Shown here one piece after another: positions 12,201 to 20,895 of a DNA stretch of 64,000 bases. Origin of the DNA: Eubacteriales bacterium. Lineage in GTDB: Bacteria; Bacillota; Clostridia; Oscillospirales; RGIG577. Below the pieces are notes generated by a model that worked only from the letters and a program-made list of their open reading frames with translations, had not been told where the DNA came from and did no database searches. Made by a program: the position numbers and the translations under genes. The stretch lies in assembly GCA_050943735.1 (NCBI GenBank), contig JBMNPT010000004.1:66108-130107 (forward strand), read 5' to 3'. Positions within the stretch are counted from its first letter, which is position 1, and each line of letters begins with the position of its first letter.

Positions 12201-12862
12201 CGAGCGTGCTCCATCACCACTTCTCCCCAGATTGTATCCTGTATTTCAACATTTTCTCCCACTTCAAATGATTTTTTTACACTTTTAATCCATTTTTCTG
12301 GGAATAGTTGACTTTCTGCCATACGGTACAGCTGAAGCGCTACCCGCACCAAATCCTCATCGCTGCGGTCGCCGGCAAACAAAGCCGCAAAGGCTTCAAA
12401 ATCCTGCTGCCCCTCTTCCTCAAACCGCTCTTCCAGCAGCTCCTCCGTGGTGTCCCGCCGAAGCAGCACATCCTCATTTTCATCGCTCACCCGATACTGA
12501 TAGGGTATACCCAGCTGGTGGAAGTGGCTGCGGATGATCTCTCCGCAAAATCCATGCACAGTATTGATGGAGGCCTTGTGCAGCAATGTCAGCTGACGGG
12601 TCAATTGAGTCCTCCCCTGTTGGATTTCCTTGCGAATACGGGCTGCCAAGCGGGTCCGCATCTCACTGGCAGCCGCCCGGGTAAAGGTGACCAGCAAAAA
12701 CTGATCCACATCACAGGGGTCCTGCTCATCCAGCAGACGGGATACAATCCGCTCCACCAGTACAAAAGTCTTGCCGCTGCCTGCCGCGGCGGACACCAGA
12801 ATATTGCCGCCGCGCAGCCCCACACCCTGGCGCTGCTGGGGCGACAGAGAAAGTTCAGCCAT
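9254..12862 (-). CDS. addA: ATP-dependent helicase/nuclease subunit A (AddA)
   Basis: UvrD/Rep-type helicase motifs (VSAAAGSGKT, DEYQDTN, VGDVKQSIYKFR). The C-terminal RecB-type nuclease motif is GVIDCFF...LLDFKTD. The ATG at 12862 is preceded by GGAGGTGG and overlaps the addB end by 8 nt. Confidence 0.9.
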   Translation of the reverse strand: MAELSLSPQQRQGVGLRGGNILVSAAAGSGKTFVLVERIVSRLLDEQDPCDVDQFLLVTFTRAAASEMRTRLAARIRKEIQQGRTQLTRQLTLLHKASINTVHGFCGEIIRSHFHQLGIPYQYRVSDENEDVLLRRDTTEELLEERFEEEGQQDFEAFAALFAGDRSDEDLVRVALQLYRMAESQLFPEKWIKSVKKSFEVGENVEIQDTIWGEVVMEHARRVLESAQRRALQGAEACEDPQLESRRQLFIREAEAIARLREQAGQGFDALVRALNGLTFDRMPSIRGYDKGFLAWTKSVRDGYKEELTQLRDRYFYMEGKQFGEDLRELAPAMRGLAEVTLEFARRYRQAKLDKNLLTFNDMEHYAIQLLWEEKDGQLCPTDTARELAGRYREILVDEYQDTNQIQSAIFEAIARDNLFMVGDVKQSIYKFRQAQPEIFIHKLDTFGQVPVEQMRCQGDTRIVFSGNYRSRGTILEWVNVLFRRIMSRQLGEIVYDRDQQLDPRADYPPDPKRSPELLLVEKTALQEELSSQEESDAVLEAHVIAQRILQLMDQPVYDSKLGRDRPANYEDVAILLRSQKNRALLYEQVLHSYGIPCHSEEGENALTSVEVMVMLALLRVVDNPRQDIPLITVLRSPLFGWSEDTLLRVRLVRPHGLYYDAVVQAAEQGESCCQEFLERLARYRVRAREVTIDVLLWELYEETGYRYSVQAMPGGQHRAENLKMLYLYAQQYEQSSYKGLFHFIHYIDHLMEVQGELAPAQSSGDGGVQILTIHKSKGLEFPICFVANCGKGFNLLDLQGPLLLHGRLLAGPQYVDRETSRTWPTIAKEAIALTLRQEMMSEEERVLYVALTRAKDRLIMVGCCDSAEKLVARAASRISGESLDSHLLSRSASYLEWITAALLLSPEGQPLRDLLPDIPWPVPGEPAGVQVRICRSLEDLSQAPAEESEKTEEISLEVIGAHLAGEYDQPHLREVSSKLSVTELKGRALDAEVAEDTPSMTTKKELFDTPRFIEQDHGLNAAQRGTALHCAMQFIRLEQGSNEEQVRQELERMVAQELLTAQQAQACDPARIAGFFHSELGQRMLRSRQVFREEKFNLMVPAWQLYQTLNPQERQAPLLIQGVIDCFFLEGEKAVLLDFKTDRTDDAEELKRRYQVQMDLYARAIWEIYGFAVEECYLYLFHSGRTLKLCPAPCQMPAEGI

Positions 12863-15800
12863 CTTCTTCCACCTCCTCTTGCACTTTTTCCCAGAAGGTA
12901 TTGGCATCCATGGCAGTCAGCACACGGCACTCCTCCCGATTGCCCTCAAACATACAGGCACTGGCATAGGGACAGTAGTCACAGGGCCGCTGCCCCTTTT
13001 TCCAGTAGGGACGGGCTTCAATCCGTCCGGCTTCCAGCTCATCCGCCATCTGCCGGATGAGTTTTTCCATATACCGCTCCAATTTCCGGAATTTCTCCAA
13101 CGTGGCAGTATTGCCCTTGAGTCCATCCCGCCCGGCCGTCACTGGAACGTAAATTCGCTTTCCGTCTTCGCTGGCCTCCATGGCTTCGATAATCTCCTCA
13201 TCCTCCAGCACCAGCCCGCTCATCTTATACTGTTTGCGGATCTCCTGTTCCACCTGCTGCGGGCTGTCGGTGCGACGGCATTCAATCAACGGCTGAAACG
13301 CCCGGAAATACAGCATCCCACCCGGCTGTACCGGCTGCCCGAAAAGTTTCTGACCATTTTCCCAGAGAGAAAACAGATAGATCAGCATCTGCACCGACAG
13401 ACCACTGTACACATCTGAAAAATCAAAGGTCTTTTTCCCAGTTTTGTAGTCCACAATCCGCACAAATAGCTGTCCATCCCGCTGGTATCCATCCACCCGG
13501 TCCACTTTGCCCACAATCCGCAGCCGATGCCCCAGCGCTGTCTCATATTCCAGCGGCGGCACCTGATCCTCGCCCCGGCCCAGCACCAATTCAAACCGAA
13601 TGGGCTCAAAATCACTGCGGGAAAATTCTTCTATCAGCTGCCGAATCACCGCGTAAATGGTGGCGGTAATGCGCTTGAACAGATACTTGGCCCGGCTGGA
13701 CTGGGCTTCCAGATGAATGTCCTCCTGCTCCAAAAACTCCCGCACACACTGCGCCGCCAGACGCCGGCCTTCCACTGGCTCCAACTCCCGCAGAGAACGT
13801 CCCTGCTGTTTCAGGCAGTCAAAAAATCTCTCCAGTACAAAATGGACAAAACTGCCCATCTCCACCGGGGAAAACACCACCCGATCCCGGGGATTGGCCC
13901 GCAGGGCATACTGCATGAAATAGGAAAACGGACAGCTCTGATACCGCTCCACCCGGGAGGCACTTTTCTCCATCACTTCCCCAAAGGCGGCGGTGATCAA
14001 AGAGGTATCCCGGATCATGGGCCGGCCCACCTGGTGCTGTGCCGCCCGCAGCGCCGGCTCCAATGCAGGCTGGGTCTGCTCCAGATACTCCGCCAGCTGC
14101 TGCCCGCCGGGTGTCTGCTCCCAGGCAGCCAGATCCGCTAATTTTCTGGGAAGAAAAATCTGCATGGGGTCCGCCATGCGCTGAACAGCATCCACAGTTT
14201 CCACCGAGGGAACAATCTCCCGCAGCCGCTGAATCACAGACGCTGGCGCACGGCTTCCGCCCTTTCCGTCTGACGTGGCATAAAAAGCATAGAGATGCCG
14301 GGTGGAAAAGGTCACCGCGCTGTACAGGTAGGACATCTCCTGGAAAATCCGCTCCCGGGCGCCCATGCTGGTGTGAATACCCGCCTGGCGCAGTGTTTCC
14401 TTCTCCGCGTCGGAAAACAATCCCTCTTCCTGCTGAGATAAGGGAAACACCCCTTCATTGACCCCCAGCAGCATCACACAGGGCACATGGGGACTGCGCA
14501 CCCGATCACAACCCGCCGCGCTCACCTCGTCCAATGAGGTGGGAATCAACCCCACATCGTAGGTGGAAAGACCACCCCGGAAAATTTCATAAAAATCCCC
14601 CAGCGACAGGTATTCCTCTCCCAACACCTCCACCAGCTGGTCCAGCACCCCCATGAGGATGTCCCACAACATGCGATATTCCTGGGCCGCGGCCAGTTCC
14701 CCCAGCTGCTCACAGCGCTGTGCCTGCAGGGTGATGTTGTGGGGCAATTCCACCCGCACCAGCCACTGATAGAGCGCAGTGGCCCGCTGCCGGACCGTTT
14801 TCCGGCCTGACATCCCCTCTCGCAGCTCCAGCAATGGTCTCACCAGCCGCAGACGCAGTGACTCTAACTTTTCCAGTTCCGCCTGCTGCTCCTCCTCTGT
14901 CATACGCTCGCTGCGCTGTGCAGGCGGCAGGTGAAAGGGCTGCAGCCATTTATTTCCCCGCAGATTCCATTTGATAGCGTAATTTTCCAGTCGGTCCACC
15001 TCATCCTGGGTAAGGCCCGAAAGCCCTGTTTTCAGATAGGCAAACACAGTGTCATACCGAAAACGGCTGGTGAGGATCTCCACCGCACTGAGCACCGCCA
15101 TCAGCACCGGCTTGGTGAGAATGGCGGTTTTATGGTCCATAAACACCGGAATCCCATGGCGGCGGAATACCGCCTCTATGGTGTCGCTGTAATCCGAAAT
15201 CTGCCGGGCAATCAATAGAATATCCCGATGGTGCAGGCCCTCCTGGGTCACCAACCGGCGAATCTCATTGGCGGCACACTCCACTTCCTGATAAGGGTCC
15301 CCACACTGAAAAATCTTGACCTCCTGGCAGTCCCCCTGCCAAACTTCAGGCCGCAATGCAAATAAATTGCCCTCCAGATGGTCCATCAGCGGCGTGCGCC
15401 CATGCCGGGTGCCGAGGGTCACCTGACGGGTTTCCACTCCCAGTCCCTGGGCCAGCTGCTGCAGCTGCCGCAAAGTCCCCTGGGTATGCAAAAAAATCCC
15501 CTCCGGATCGGGACGGTCGTCCATGCACAGGGTGATGCCCACCTCCGGACAGTAAAGCATCAATTTTTCCACAATGCGCAGCTCCTGAGGCGTGAACCCC
15601 GAAAAGCCATCCAGCCACACCCGCCGTCCCTGTAAATAGCTGCAGCCATCCATCTTCTCAGCCAGACGGGTGAGGTCATCCCGGGGGTCTTTGTAACCCC
15701 GGGATAAAATTTGATTGTACTCATTATACAGCGTGGCCACATCCAGCAGCTTCAGCCGAAAATTCCCCTCCTGGCTCAGAGCATATTCCCCCAGCTGCTC

Positions 15801-16211
15801 CGCTGTGACATTGTAATATTTGAGCTCCGTCATCAGGGACAACAACTGCTCTACTGCATCTTGCCGTTTGCCGATGCGGCGCAACAGAGTGAGCTCTTCC
15901 TCGGTACGGCTGATAGCCGCCGCCATGGCCAGAGAAGCAGTGGTCTGATCGGCGTATTGTCCGGCGGCACCGCCCATCTCCGCAAATACCCGGTTGGCCA
16001 GTCGCTTAAAAGACAGCACTTCCACACAGGCGGAAGCGCGATTGCCCAGCTGGATCAGCATTTCCCGCTCGCTCATCAAAGTAAACTGTTCCGGCACCAG
16101 CAAAATGTCCTTGGGCTGTCCCGGCTGCCAATGCTCCATCCGCTGCCGTACCTGCTGCCGAATCCAGCTGGTTTTCCCGCTGCCGCTGGGGCCTGTGATC
16201 CAGATGACCAC
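12855..16211 (-). CDS. addB: ATP-dependent helicase/nuclease subunit B (AddB)
   Basis: N-terminal Walker A (ITGPSGSGKT). The C-terminal nuclease/Fe-S module has Cys residues (…C…CDYCPYASAC). The gene lies immediately upstream of addA. Confidence 0.9.
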   Translation of the reverse strand: MVIWITGPSGSGKTSWIRQQVRQRMEHWQPGQPKDILLVPEQFTLMSEREMLIQLGNRASACVEVLSFKRLANRVFAEMGGAAGQYADQTTASLAMAAAISRTEEELTLLRRIGKRQDAVEQLLSLMTELKYYNVTAEQLGEYALSQEGNFRLKLLDVATLYNEYNQILSRGYKDPRDDLTRLAEKMDGCSYLQGRRVWLDGFSGFTPQELRIVEKLMLYCPEVGITLCMDDRPDPEGIFLHTQGTLRQLQQLAQGLGVETRQVTLGTRHGRTPLMDHLEGNLFALRPEVWQGDCQEVKIFQCGDPYQEVECAANEIRRLVTQEGLHHRDILLIARQISDYSDTIEAVFRRHGIPVFMDHKTAILTKPVLMAVLSAVEILTSRFRYDTVFAYLKTGLSGLTQDEVDRLENYAIKWNLRGNKWLQPFHLPPAQRSERMTEEEQQAELEKLESLRLRLVRPLLELREGMSGRKTVRQRATALYQWLVRVELPHNITLQAQRCEQLGELAAAQEYRMLWDILMGVLDQLVEVLGEEYLSLGDFYEIFRGGLSTYDVGLIPTSLDEVSAAGCDRVRSPHVPCVMLLGVNEGVFPLSQQEEGLFSDAEKETLRQAGIHTSMGARERIFQEMSYLYSAVTFSTRHLYAFYATSDGKGGSRAPASVIQRLREIVPSVETVDAVQRMADPMQIFLPRKLADLAAWEQTPGGQQLAEYLEQTQPALEPALRAAQHQVGRPMIRDTSLITAAFGEVMEKSASRVERYQSCPFSYFMQYALRANPRDRVVFSPVEMGSFVHFVLERFFDCLKQQGRSLRELEPVEGRRLAAQCVREFLEQEDIHLEAQSSRAKYLFKRITATIYAVIRQLIEEFSRSDFEPIRFELVLGRGEDQVPPLEYETALGHRLRIVGKVDRVDGYQRDGQLFVRIVDYKTGKKTFDFSDVYSGLSVQMLIYLFSLWENGQKLFGQPVQPGGMLYFRAFQPLIECRRTDSPQQVEQEIRKQYKMSGLVLEDEEIIEAMEASEDGKRIYVPVTAGRDGLKGNTATLEKFRKLERYMEKLIRQMADELEAGRIEARPYWKKGQRPCDYCPYASACMFEGNREECRVLTAMDANTFWEKVQEEVEEDG

Positions 16212-16231
16212 TGCATTCTCCTCCTTTCCTC

Positions 16232-16897
16232 TTACTGTTCCTTCAACTCATCAATGGCCTTTCTAACCTCCCACAGGGTAGGTACCACCCGGTCCGCTCC
16301 CTCCGCCAGCAATCGCTGTGCCGGCAGAGAGTATTCCACGCACACGCAAGGCATCCCGGCCGCTTTTGCGGCACGCACCCCTGCCAACGCATCCTCCACC
16401 ACAATGCACCGGTGGGGCTCCACCCCCACCTTTTGGGCACACAACAGGAATATCTCCGGGGAAGGTTTGGCCTGTGTCACGTCCTCTCCACACACAAATC
16501 CGTCAAACAGCTCCTCAATGGACAGTCCGCTGGCGGAAAAATTGGCCCTGGCTTTGCTGCGGACCGTACTGGTGCCCAGCACCAGTGTAAAGCCCTCCTT
16601 TCGCAGCTGACGCAGCAGCTCCTCTGCTCCCTCAAAGGCGCGCACATGATCCGGTGCCACCCGGGTATATTCCTCAAAAATCCACTTAGAAATGGAGGGG
16701 TCGTACTCGCAGCCCCCCAACTGGCACAGGTATTTGAAAAACTCACTTTCATGCATCCCATACAAATGGGAATAGTCGGTGTGGATGGCATCCACCTGCA
16801 CGCCCCGCTGGTCAAAATAGTGCTGCGCCGCCACGCGCAGAGCCGGACGGGAATTGATCAGCGTCATATCCATGTCAAATAAAATGGTGTCTCTCAT
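16232..16897 (-). CDS. HAD-superfamily hydrolase (beta-phosphoglucomutase/phosphatase-like subfamily IA)
   Basis: DxDxT motif (LFDMDMTLINS), GTST, K...EDALAGVRAAKAAG. Confidence 0.8.
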   Translation of the reverse strand: MRDTILFDMDMTLINSRPALRVAAQHYFDQRGVQVDAIHTDYSHLYGMHESEFFKYLCQLGGCEYDPSISKWIFEEYTRVAPDHVRAFEGAEELLRQLRKEGFTLVLGTSTVRSKARANFSASGLSIEELFDGFVCGEDVTQAKPSPEIFLLCAQKVGVEPHRCIVVEDALAGVRAAKAAGMPCVCVEYSLPAQRLLAEGADRVVPTLWEVRKAIDELKEQ

Positions 16898-16977
16898 GAT
16901 ATCCCTCTTTCAGCAATCTCTTTGCCTCTCATTATACCACAGCCCACTCGTCAAAAAAAGACAAGTCACCGCCCAAT

Positions 16978-17009
16978 AAAAAAGGGACACAGGAAAATTC
17001 CTGTGTCCC
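16978..17009 (-). terminator. Rho-independent terminator after rplT
   Basis: Stem gggacacagg (16984-16993) / cctgtgtccc (17000-17009). The A6 run at 16978-16983 gives a U-tract on the minus strand. Confidence 0.75.
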
Positions 17010-17022
17010 TGAAGCGCATCTC

Positions 17023-17376
17023 TTACAGAGCGGCCTTGGCCTTTTCCACCAGTGCGGTGAAAGCAGCGGCGTCTGCGATGGCAATCTCGGAGAGCATCTT
17101 GCGGTTCATCTCGATACCAGCCTTCTTCAGACCGTTGATGAAACGAGAATAGTTGATGTCGTTGAGCTTGCAGGCTGCGGAAATACGGGTGATCCACAGT
17201 CTTCTCATATCTCTCTTCTTCAGCTTTCTGCCGGTGTAGGCATAGGTGAGAGACTTCATCACAGCCTGATTGGCAGTGCGGAACAGTCTGCTCTTACCGC
17301 CGAAGTAGCCCTTGGCCATCTTCAGAACCTTTTTTCTTCTCTTTCTGGTGCTCATAGCACCCTTCACTCTTGCCAT
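17023..17376 (-). CDS. rplT: 50S ribosomal protein L20
   Basis: [47 protein letters not shown]... is the canonical L20 sequence. Confidence 0.97.
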   Translation of the reverse strand: MARVKGAMSTRKRRKKVLKMAKGYFGGKSRLFRTANQAVMKSLTYAYTGRKLKKRDMRRLWITRISAACKLNDINYSRFINGLKKAGIEMNRKMLSEIAIADAAAFTALVEKAKAAL

Positions 17377-17425
17377 TTCAAAAACCTCCTCTTACGTCAA
17401 CAAACAGTTCCAAACCGGGTGCAAA

Positions 17426-17632
17426 TCAGCACTTGTAGGGGATCAGAGACTTGATGGTCGCCTCGTTGGCGGGGGTCAGGTACTCGGCCTGACGCAGACC
17501 TCTCTTCCGCTTGGTGGACTTCTTGGTCAGAATGTGGCTTCTGAAGGCGTGGCTTCTCTTTACCTTGCCATTCTTGCTGACGGAAAATCTCTTCTTTGCA
17601 CTGGACTTGGTTTTGATCTTGGTGGTAGCCAT
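17426..17632 (-). CDS. rpmI: 50S ribosomal protein L35
   Basis: MATTKIKTKSSAKKRFSVSKNGKVKRSHAFRSHILTKKSTKRKRGLRQ carries the L35 signature KRSHA..SH. The start was moved to the internal ATG at 17632. Confidence 0.93.
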   Translation of the reverse strand: MATTKIKTKSSAKKRFSVSKNGKVKRSHAFRSHILTKKSTKRKRGLRQAEYLTPANEATIKSLIPYKC

Positions 17633-17705
17633 TTGCGTTTTCTCCTCTCTATGCTGTGGCAGTCTTCCCTGAGAAAGACGCACAGGTATGATCTACTATG
17701 TGAAC

Positions 17706-18218
17706 TTATTTAACAGCCGCAATGAACATGGACATATTTCTGCCCTCCAGCTTGGGCTTCCGCTCCACCACAGCGCAATCCTTCACAGCCTCGGCAAATT
17801 TCTCCAGCAATTCCACACCCACCTGGGTACGGGACAGCTCACGCATACGGAAATTCACAGTGACTTTGACCTTATCGCCTTCTTTGATGATACGGGTGGC
17901 CTGTTTCACCTTGGTCTGGAAGTCATGTTCACCGATTACCAGCGACATACGCACTTCCTTGATGCTCACGGTGTGCTGATTTTTTCTTGCTTCCTTCTCC
18001 TTTTTGGCCTGATCGAACTTGTACTTGCCATAGTCCATGATCTTGCACACAGGAGGAGTCGATTTCGGCGCGATCTTCACAAGGTCCAGATTTTTGGTTG
18101 TAGCGATCTCCTGCGCCTCTTTTGCGGACATCACGCCCAGCTGGGAGCCATCCGGCCCAATCACACGCACCTCGCGGTCGCGGATTTCCTCGTTGATCTG
18201 TAAATCTTTGCTGCTAAT
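17706..18218 (-). CDS. infC: Translation initiation factor IF-3, initiating at a non-canonical ATT codon
   Basis: ISSKDLQINEEIRDREVRVIGPDGSQLGV... aligns residue for residue with the Bacillus IF-3 N-terminus (MISKD..NE.IR.REVR.IG). The GGGGGTG Shine-Dalgarno lies about 9 nt upstream of the ATT at 18218-18216. The in-frame ATG at 18263 lies inside a terminator hairpin. Confidence 0.88.
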   Translation of the reverse strand: MSSKDLQINEEIRDREVRVIGPDGSQLGVMSAKEAQEIATTKNLDLVKIAPKSTPPVCKIMDYGKYKFDQAKKEKEARKNQHTVSIKEVRMSLVIGEHDFQTKVKQATRIIKEGDKVKVTVNFRMRELSRTQVGVELLEKFAEAVKDCAVVERKPKLEGRNMSMFIAAVK

Positions 18219-18423
18219 AAGTATACACCCCCAAAAATAAAATTGAATGAAAAAAGCGGACATACATTATGTCCGCCTGCAACCTGAATCAAACCCACCT
18301 CCCATGGGAAGGTGTGTGTTTCCTGTTGACCCTGCTGACCTGTGGCGCAAGGTGAGAGCGGACAACGCCCTACTTTGTTGTACTCAAATAGTATATCAGC
18401 ATCCTTCTGGATTGTCAATGCTT
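18219..18423 (-). promoter_or_regulatory. infC-rpmI-rplT leader; probable L20-responsive attenuator (L20-leader-like)
   Basis: 205-nt untranslated gap between obg and infC. It ends in an intrinsic terminator on the minus strand: GCGGACAT-AATGT-ATGTCCGC (18276-18256) followed by TTTTTT (18255-18250), just 5' of the infC RBS. Position and design match the Firmicute L20 leader. The covariance model was not run. Confidence 0.55.
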
Positions 18424-19689
18424 TTACGGCACAAAATCGAATTCCAGATCGTAGATGACCACCGTATCGCCTTCCTGCACACCGGCCTCTTCCAGTTTTT
18501 CGATCACACCGGTATTGCGCAGGGTACGCTGAAAATACTGCAAGGATTCCCGGTCGCTGAAGTTGACGCTGCCCAGCAGCTGCAGCAGCCAGGCGCCCTC
18601 CACAAAGTACACCCCGTCTTCCACCCGGATGGTGACTTCCCGGCTGTTGTCCGGTACAATTTCCGGCAAGGGTTCACTCTCATACACCGTCACAGGAGGC
18701 AGCTGACTGAGCCGCTGCACCACCTGTTTCATCAACTCCTCCACACCGCTGCGGGTGGCCGCCGAAATGGTGAAGTAGTCGTAGCCCTGCTCTTCCACCC
18801 ACTTCTGGAACCGCTGGGCCATCTCGGGATCGGTGACGATGTCCGATTTGTTGCCCACCACAATTTGCGGGCGGCTGGACAACTCTTCGCTGTAAGCGGC
18901 CATCTCCTCATTGATGATGCGGAAATCCTCCATGGGGTCGCGGCCTTCCACGCCGGAAATGTCCACCACATGCAGCAGCAGCCGGCAGCGGTCCACATGA
19001 CGCAGGAAATCGTGGCCCAAGCCCACGCCCTCGCTGGCGCCTTCAATGATGCCAGGGATGTCCGCCATCACAAAGCTCTCTCCCGCGGCCGACACCACAC
19101 CCAGATTGGGACTCAACGTGGTAAAATGATAGTTGGCGATTTTGGGCTGCGCCGCGCTCACCATGGAGAGCAGCGTGGATTTTCCCACATTGGGGAAACC
19201 CACCAGTCCCACATCCGCCAGCAGCTTCAGCTCCAGCGTCAGCTCCCGCTCCTGCCCCGGTGTACCAGGTTTTGCAAAGCGGGGCACCTGACGGGTGGGC
19301 GTGGCAAAATGGGTGTTTCCCCAACCGCCCCGGCCGCCCCGGCAGCACACGAAAGGTTCTCCGTCACTCATGTCCTTGAGCAGACGGCCGCTTTCCCGGT
19401 CCTTGATCAGCGTGCCCCGAGGCACCTTGATCACCACATCCTTGCCGTCCTTGCCAAAGCACTTTTTGCCCGAACCGGGTTCGCCATTGGCGGCCACGTA
19501 CTTGCGCTTGTAACGGAAGTCCAGCAAGGTGCTCATGTGGTCATCCACCACAAACACCACATCGCCGCCCTTGCCGCCGTCGCCGCCATCGGGGCCGCCA
19601 GCCGCAATGTACTTCTGCCGGTGGAAGGACACCGCGCCATTGCCGCCATCCCCCGCCTTTACATAAATTTTTGCAATATCCACGAACAT
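18424..19689 (-). CDS. obg: GTPase Obg/CgtA
   Basis: Gly-rich Obg fold (MFVDIAKIYVKAGDGGNGAVSFHRQKYIAAGGPDGGDGGKGGDVVF), G domain (GFPNVGKST, DIPGIIEGA, NKSD) and a C-terminal OCT domain. Confidence 0.96.
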   Translation of the reverse strand: MFVDIAKIYVKAGDGGNGAVSFHRQKYIAAGGPDGGDGGKGGDVVFVVDDHMSTLLDFRYKRKYVAANGEPGSGKKCFGKDGKDVVIKVPRGTLIKDRESGRLLKDMSDGEPFVCCRGGRGGWGNTHFATPTRQVPRFAKPGTPGQERELTLELKLLADVGLVGFPNVGKSTLLSMVSAAQPKIANYHFTTLSPNLGVVSAAGESFVMADIPGIIEGASEGVGLGHDFLRHVDRCRLLLHVVDISGVEGRDPMEDFRIINEEMAAYSEELSSRPQIVVGNKSDIVTDPEMAQRFQKWVEEQGYDYFTISAATRSGVEELMKQVVQRLSQLPPVTVYESEPLPEIVPDNSREVTIRVEDGVYFVEGAWLLQLLGSVNFSDRESLQYFQRTLRNTGVIEKLEEAGVQEGDTVVIYDLEFDFVP

Positions 19690-19759
19690 GACAGACCCTC
19701 CTTTTTCATGGCGTCGTAACCCCTATCTCATTTTCTTCCAGTTTTCGGGGTTTCATTCA

Positions 19760-19796
19760 CAAAAAAATCTCAGATGGAATGCATCTGAGATTTTTG
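19760..19796 (-). terminator. Rho-independent terminator after rpmA
   Basis: Stem atctcagatg (19767-19776) / catctgagat (19782-19791). The A7 run at 19761-19767 gives a U-tract on the minus strand, and there is also a T5 run on the plus strand. Confidence 0.65.
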
Positions 19797-19822
19797 CATC
19801 TGTATTGGTTTTCTCCGGCAGA

Positions 19823-20107
19823 TTACTGCTCGACGGCATACACAGAAACTTTCTTTCTGTCCTTGCCCACTCTCTCGAACTTCACCTTGCCGTCTGCCAT
19901 AGCGAACAGAGTGTCATCACTGCCCTTGCCCACATTGGTGCCGGGGTAGATCTTAGTGCCTCTCTGACGCACCAGGATGTTGCCAGCCAGCACGAACTGA
20001 CCGTCCGCTCTCTTGGCGCCCAGACGCTTGGATTCGCTGTCACGGCCGTTCTTGGTAGAACCTACGCCCTTTTTGTGTGCGAAAAACTGCATGCTGATCC
20101 GAATCAT
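19823..20107 (-). CDS. rpmA: 50S ribosomal protein L27 with a Firmicute N-terminal propeptide
   Basis: MIRISMQFF|[30 protein letters not shown]... is an L27 core preceded by a 9-aa extension ending in the Prp cleavage motif. The ATG at 20107 overlaps the prp stop (ATGA). Confidence 0.95.
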   Translation of the reverse strand: MIRISMQFFAHKKGVGSTKNGRDSESKRLGAKRADGQFVLAGNILVRQRGTKIYPGTNVGKGSDDTLFAMADGKVKFERVGKDRKKVSVYAVEQ

Positions 20108-20442
20108 GATTGCGCACCTCCTTGTATTTGTACTGATACATACTCTTGAAATTCTTCCCCCAGAGCTTCCATATGCATCTGAAACGCCTTGAGCAGCGCC
20201 AGACATACAGAGTCCTGCAGGAATGGCTCGTCCAAACGGAAATGAATCAGGGCTTTTTCCTCCTCCACCTCAAAGGTGCCGGTGGCTTTGGCCACATAAA
20301 ACACTCCGTTGATCACGAGCATCACGGCCGAAGAAATACTGGCGCATACAATATCGCCGCCTGCTTCGCCGTACCCCGAATGGCCTTCCACATGAAAACC
20401 AACGGGATTTCCGTTTTCACAAAACAGTGTAACGGTGGTCAT
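20104..20442 (-). CDS. prp: Ribosomal-processing cysteine protease Prp (DUF464/YsxB family)
   Basis: 112 aa lying between rplU and rpmA. The conserved His/Cys dyad context is present ([20 protein letters not shown]). Confidence 0.85.
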   Translation of the reverse strand: MTTVTLFCENGNPVGFHVEGHSGYGEAGGDIVCASISSAVMLVINGVFYVAKATGTFEVEEEKALIHFRLDEPFLQDSVCLALLKAFQMHMEALGEEFQEYVSVQIQGGAQS

Positions 20443-20444
20443 TT

Positions 20445-20756
20445 TTATGCCTTGATAGCACCGATGGTCACCTTGGTGTAGGGCTGTCTGTGGCCCTGAC
20501 GCCGTCTGTAACCCTTCTTGGGCTTCATCTTGAAGATATGAATCTTCTTACCCTTGCCATTCTTCTCTACGGTTGCTTCCACAGCAGCGCCTTCCACTAC
20601 GGGAGTGCCGATGGTCATACCGTTTTCAGTGCCTACTGCCAGCACCTGATCGAATGTCACCTTGTCGCCTTCTGCGGCCTCCAGCTTTTCGATGTAGATG
20701 ACGTCGCCTTCCTGCACCTTGTACTGCTTACCGCCAGTCACGATGATTGCGTACAT
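20445..20756 (-). CDS. rplU: 50S ribosomal protein L21
   Basis: [25 protein letters not shown]...[10 protein letters not shown] is the canonical L21 sequence. The start was moved to the ATG at 20756. Confidence 0.95.
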   Translation of the reverse strand: MYAIIVTGGKQYKVQEGDVIYIEKLEAAEGDKVTFDQVLAVGTENGMTIGTPVVEGAAVEATVEKNGKGKKIHIFKMKPKKGYRRRQGHRQPYTKVTIGAIKA

Positions 20757-20851
20757 TACAAGTGCACCTCTCTTTCTTTCTAAGACTCGCTGCGTCAGGG
20801 TAGCGGGAAAAATCCACACATTTACACAACCCTACACATGCGGCATGAAAT

Positions 20852-20880
20852 ATTTTATCATACTTCCAGGTCCCTGTCAA
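20852..20880 (-). promoter_or_regulatory. Putative extended -10 SigA promoter of rplU-prp-rpmA, followed by a ~90-nt leader
   Basis: On the minus strand: TTGACA (20880-20875), 17 nt, TAAAAT (20857-20852), with TG one base upstream of the -10. The leader at 20757-20845 could be an L21-leader-type element, but this was not verified. Confidence 0.5.
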
Positions 20881-20895
20881 CCGGATTTTCCCGCT

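Noticed and set aside
12855-12862. The 8-nt addB/addA overlap as a possible frameshift or fusion site
   Set aside because: An ordinary overlapping stop/start with a good GGAGGTGG RBS. Both subunits are full length.
18247-19719. 490-aa plus-strand ORF
   Set aside because: It is antisense to obg and reads through the L20-leader terminator. Its composition is His/Gln/Leu-rich, as is typical for shadow ORFs.
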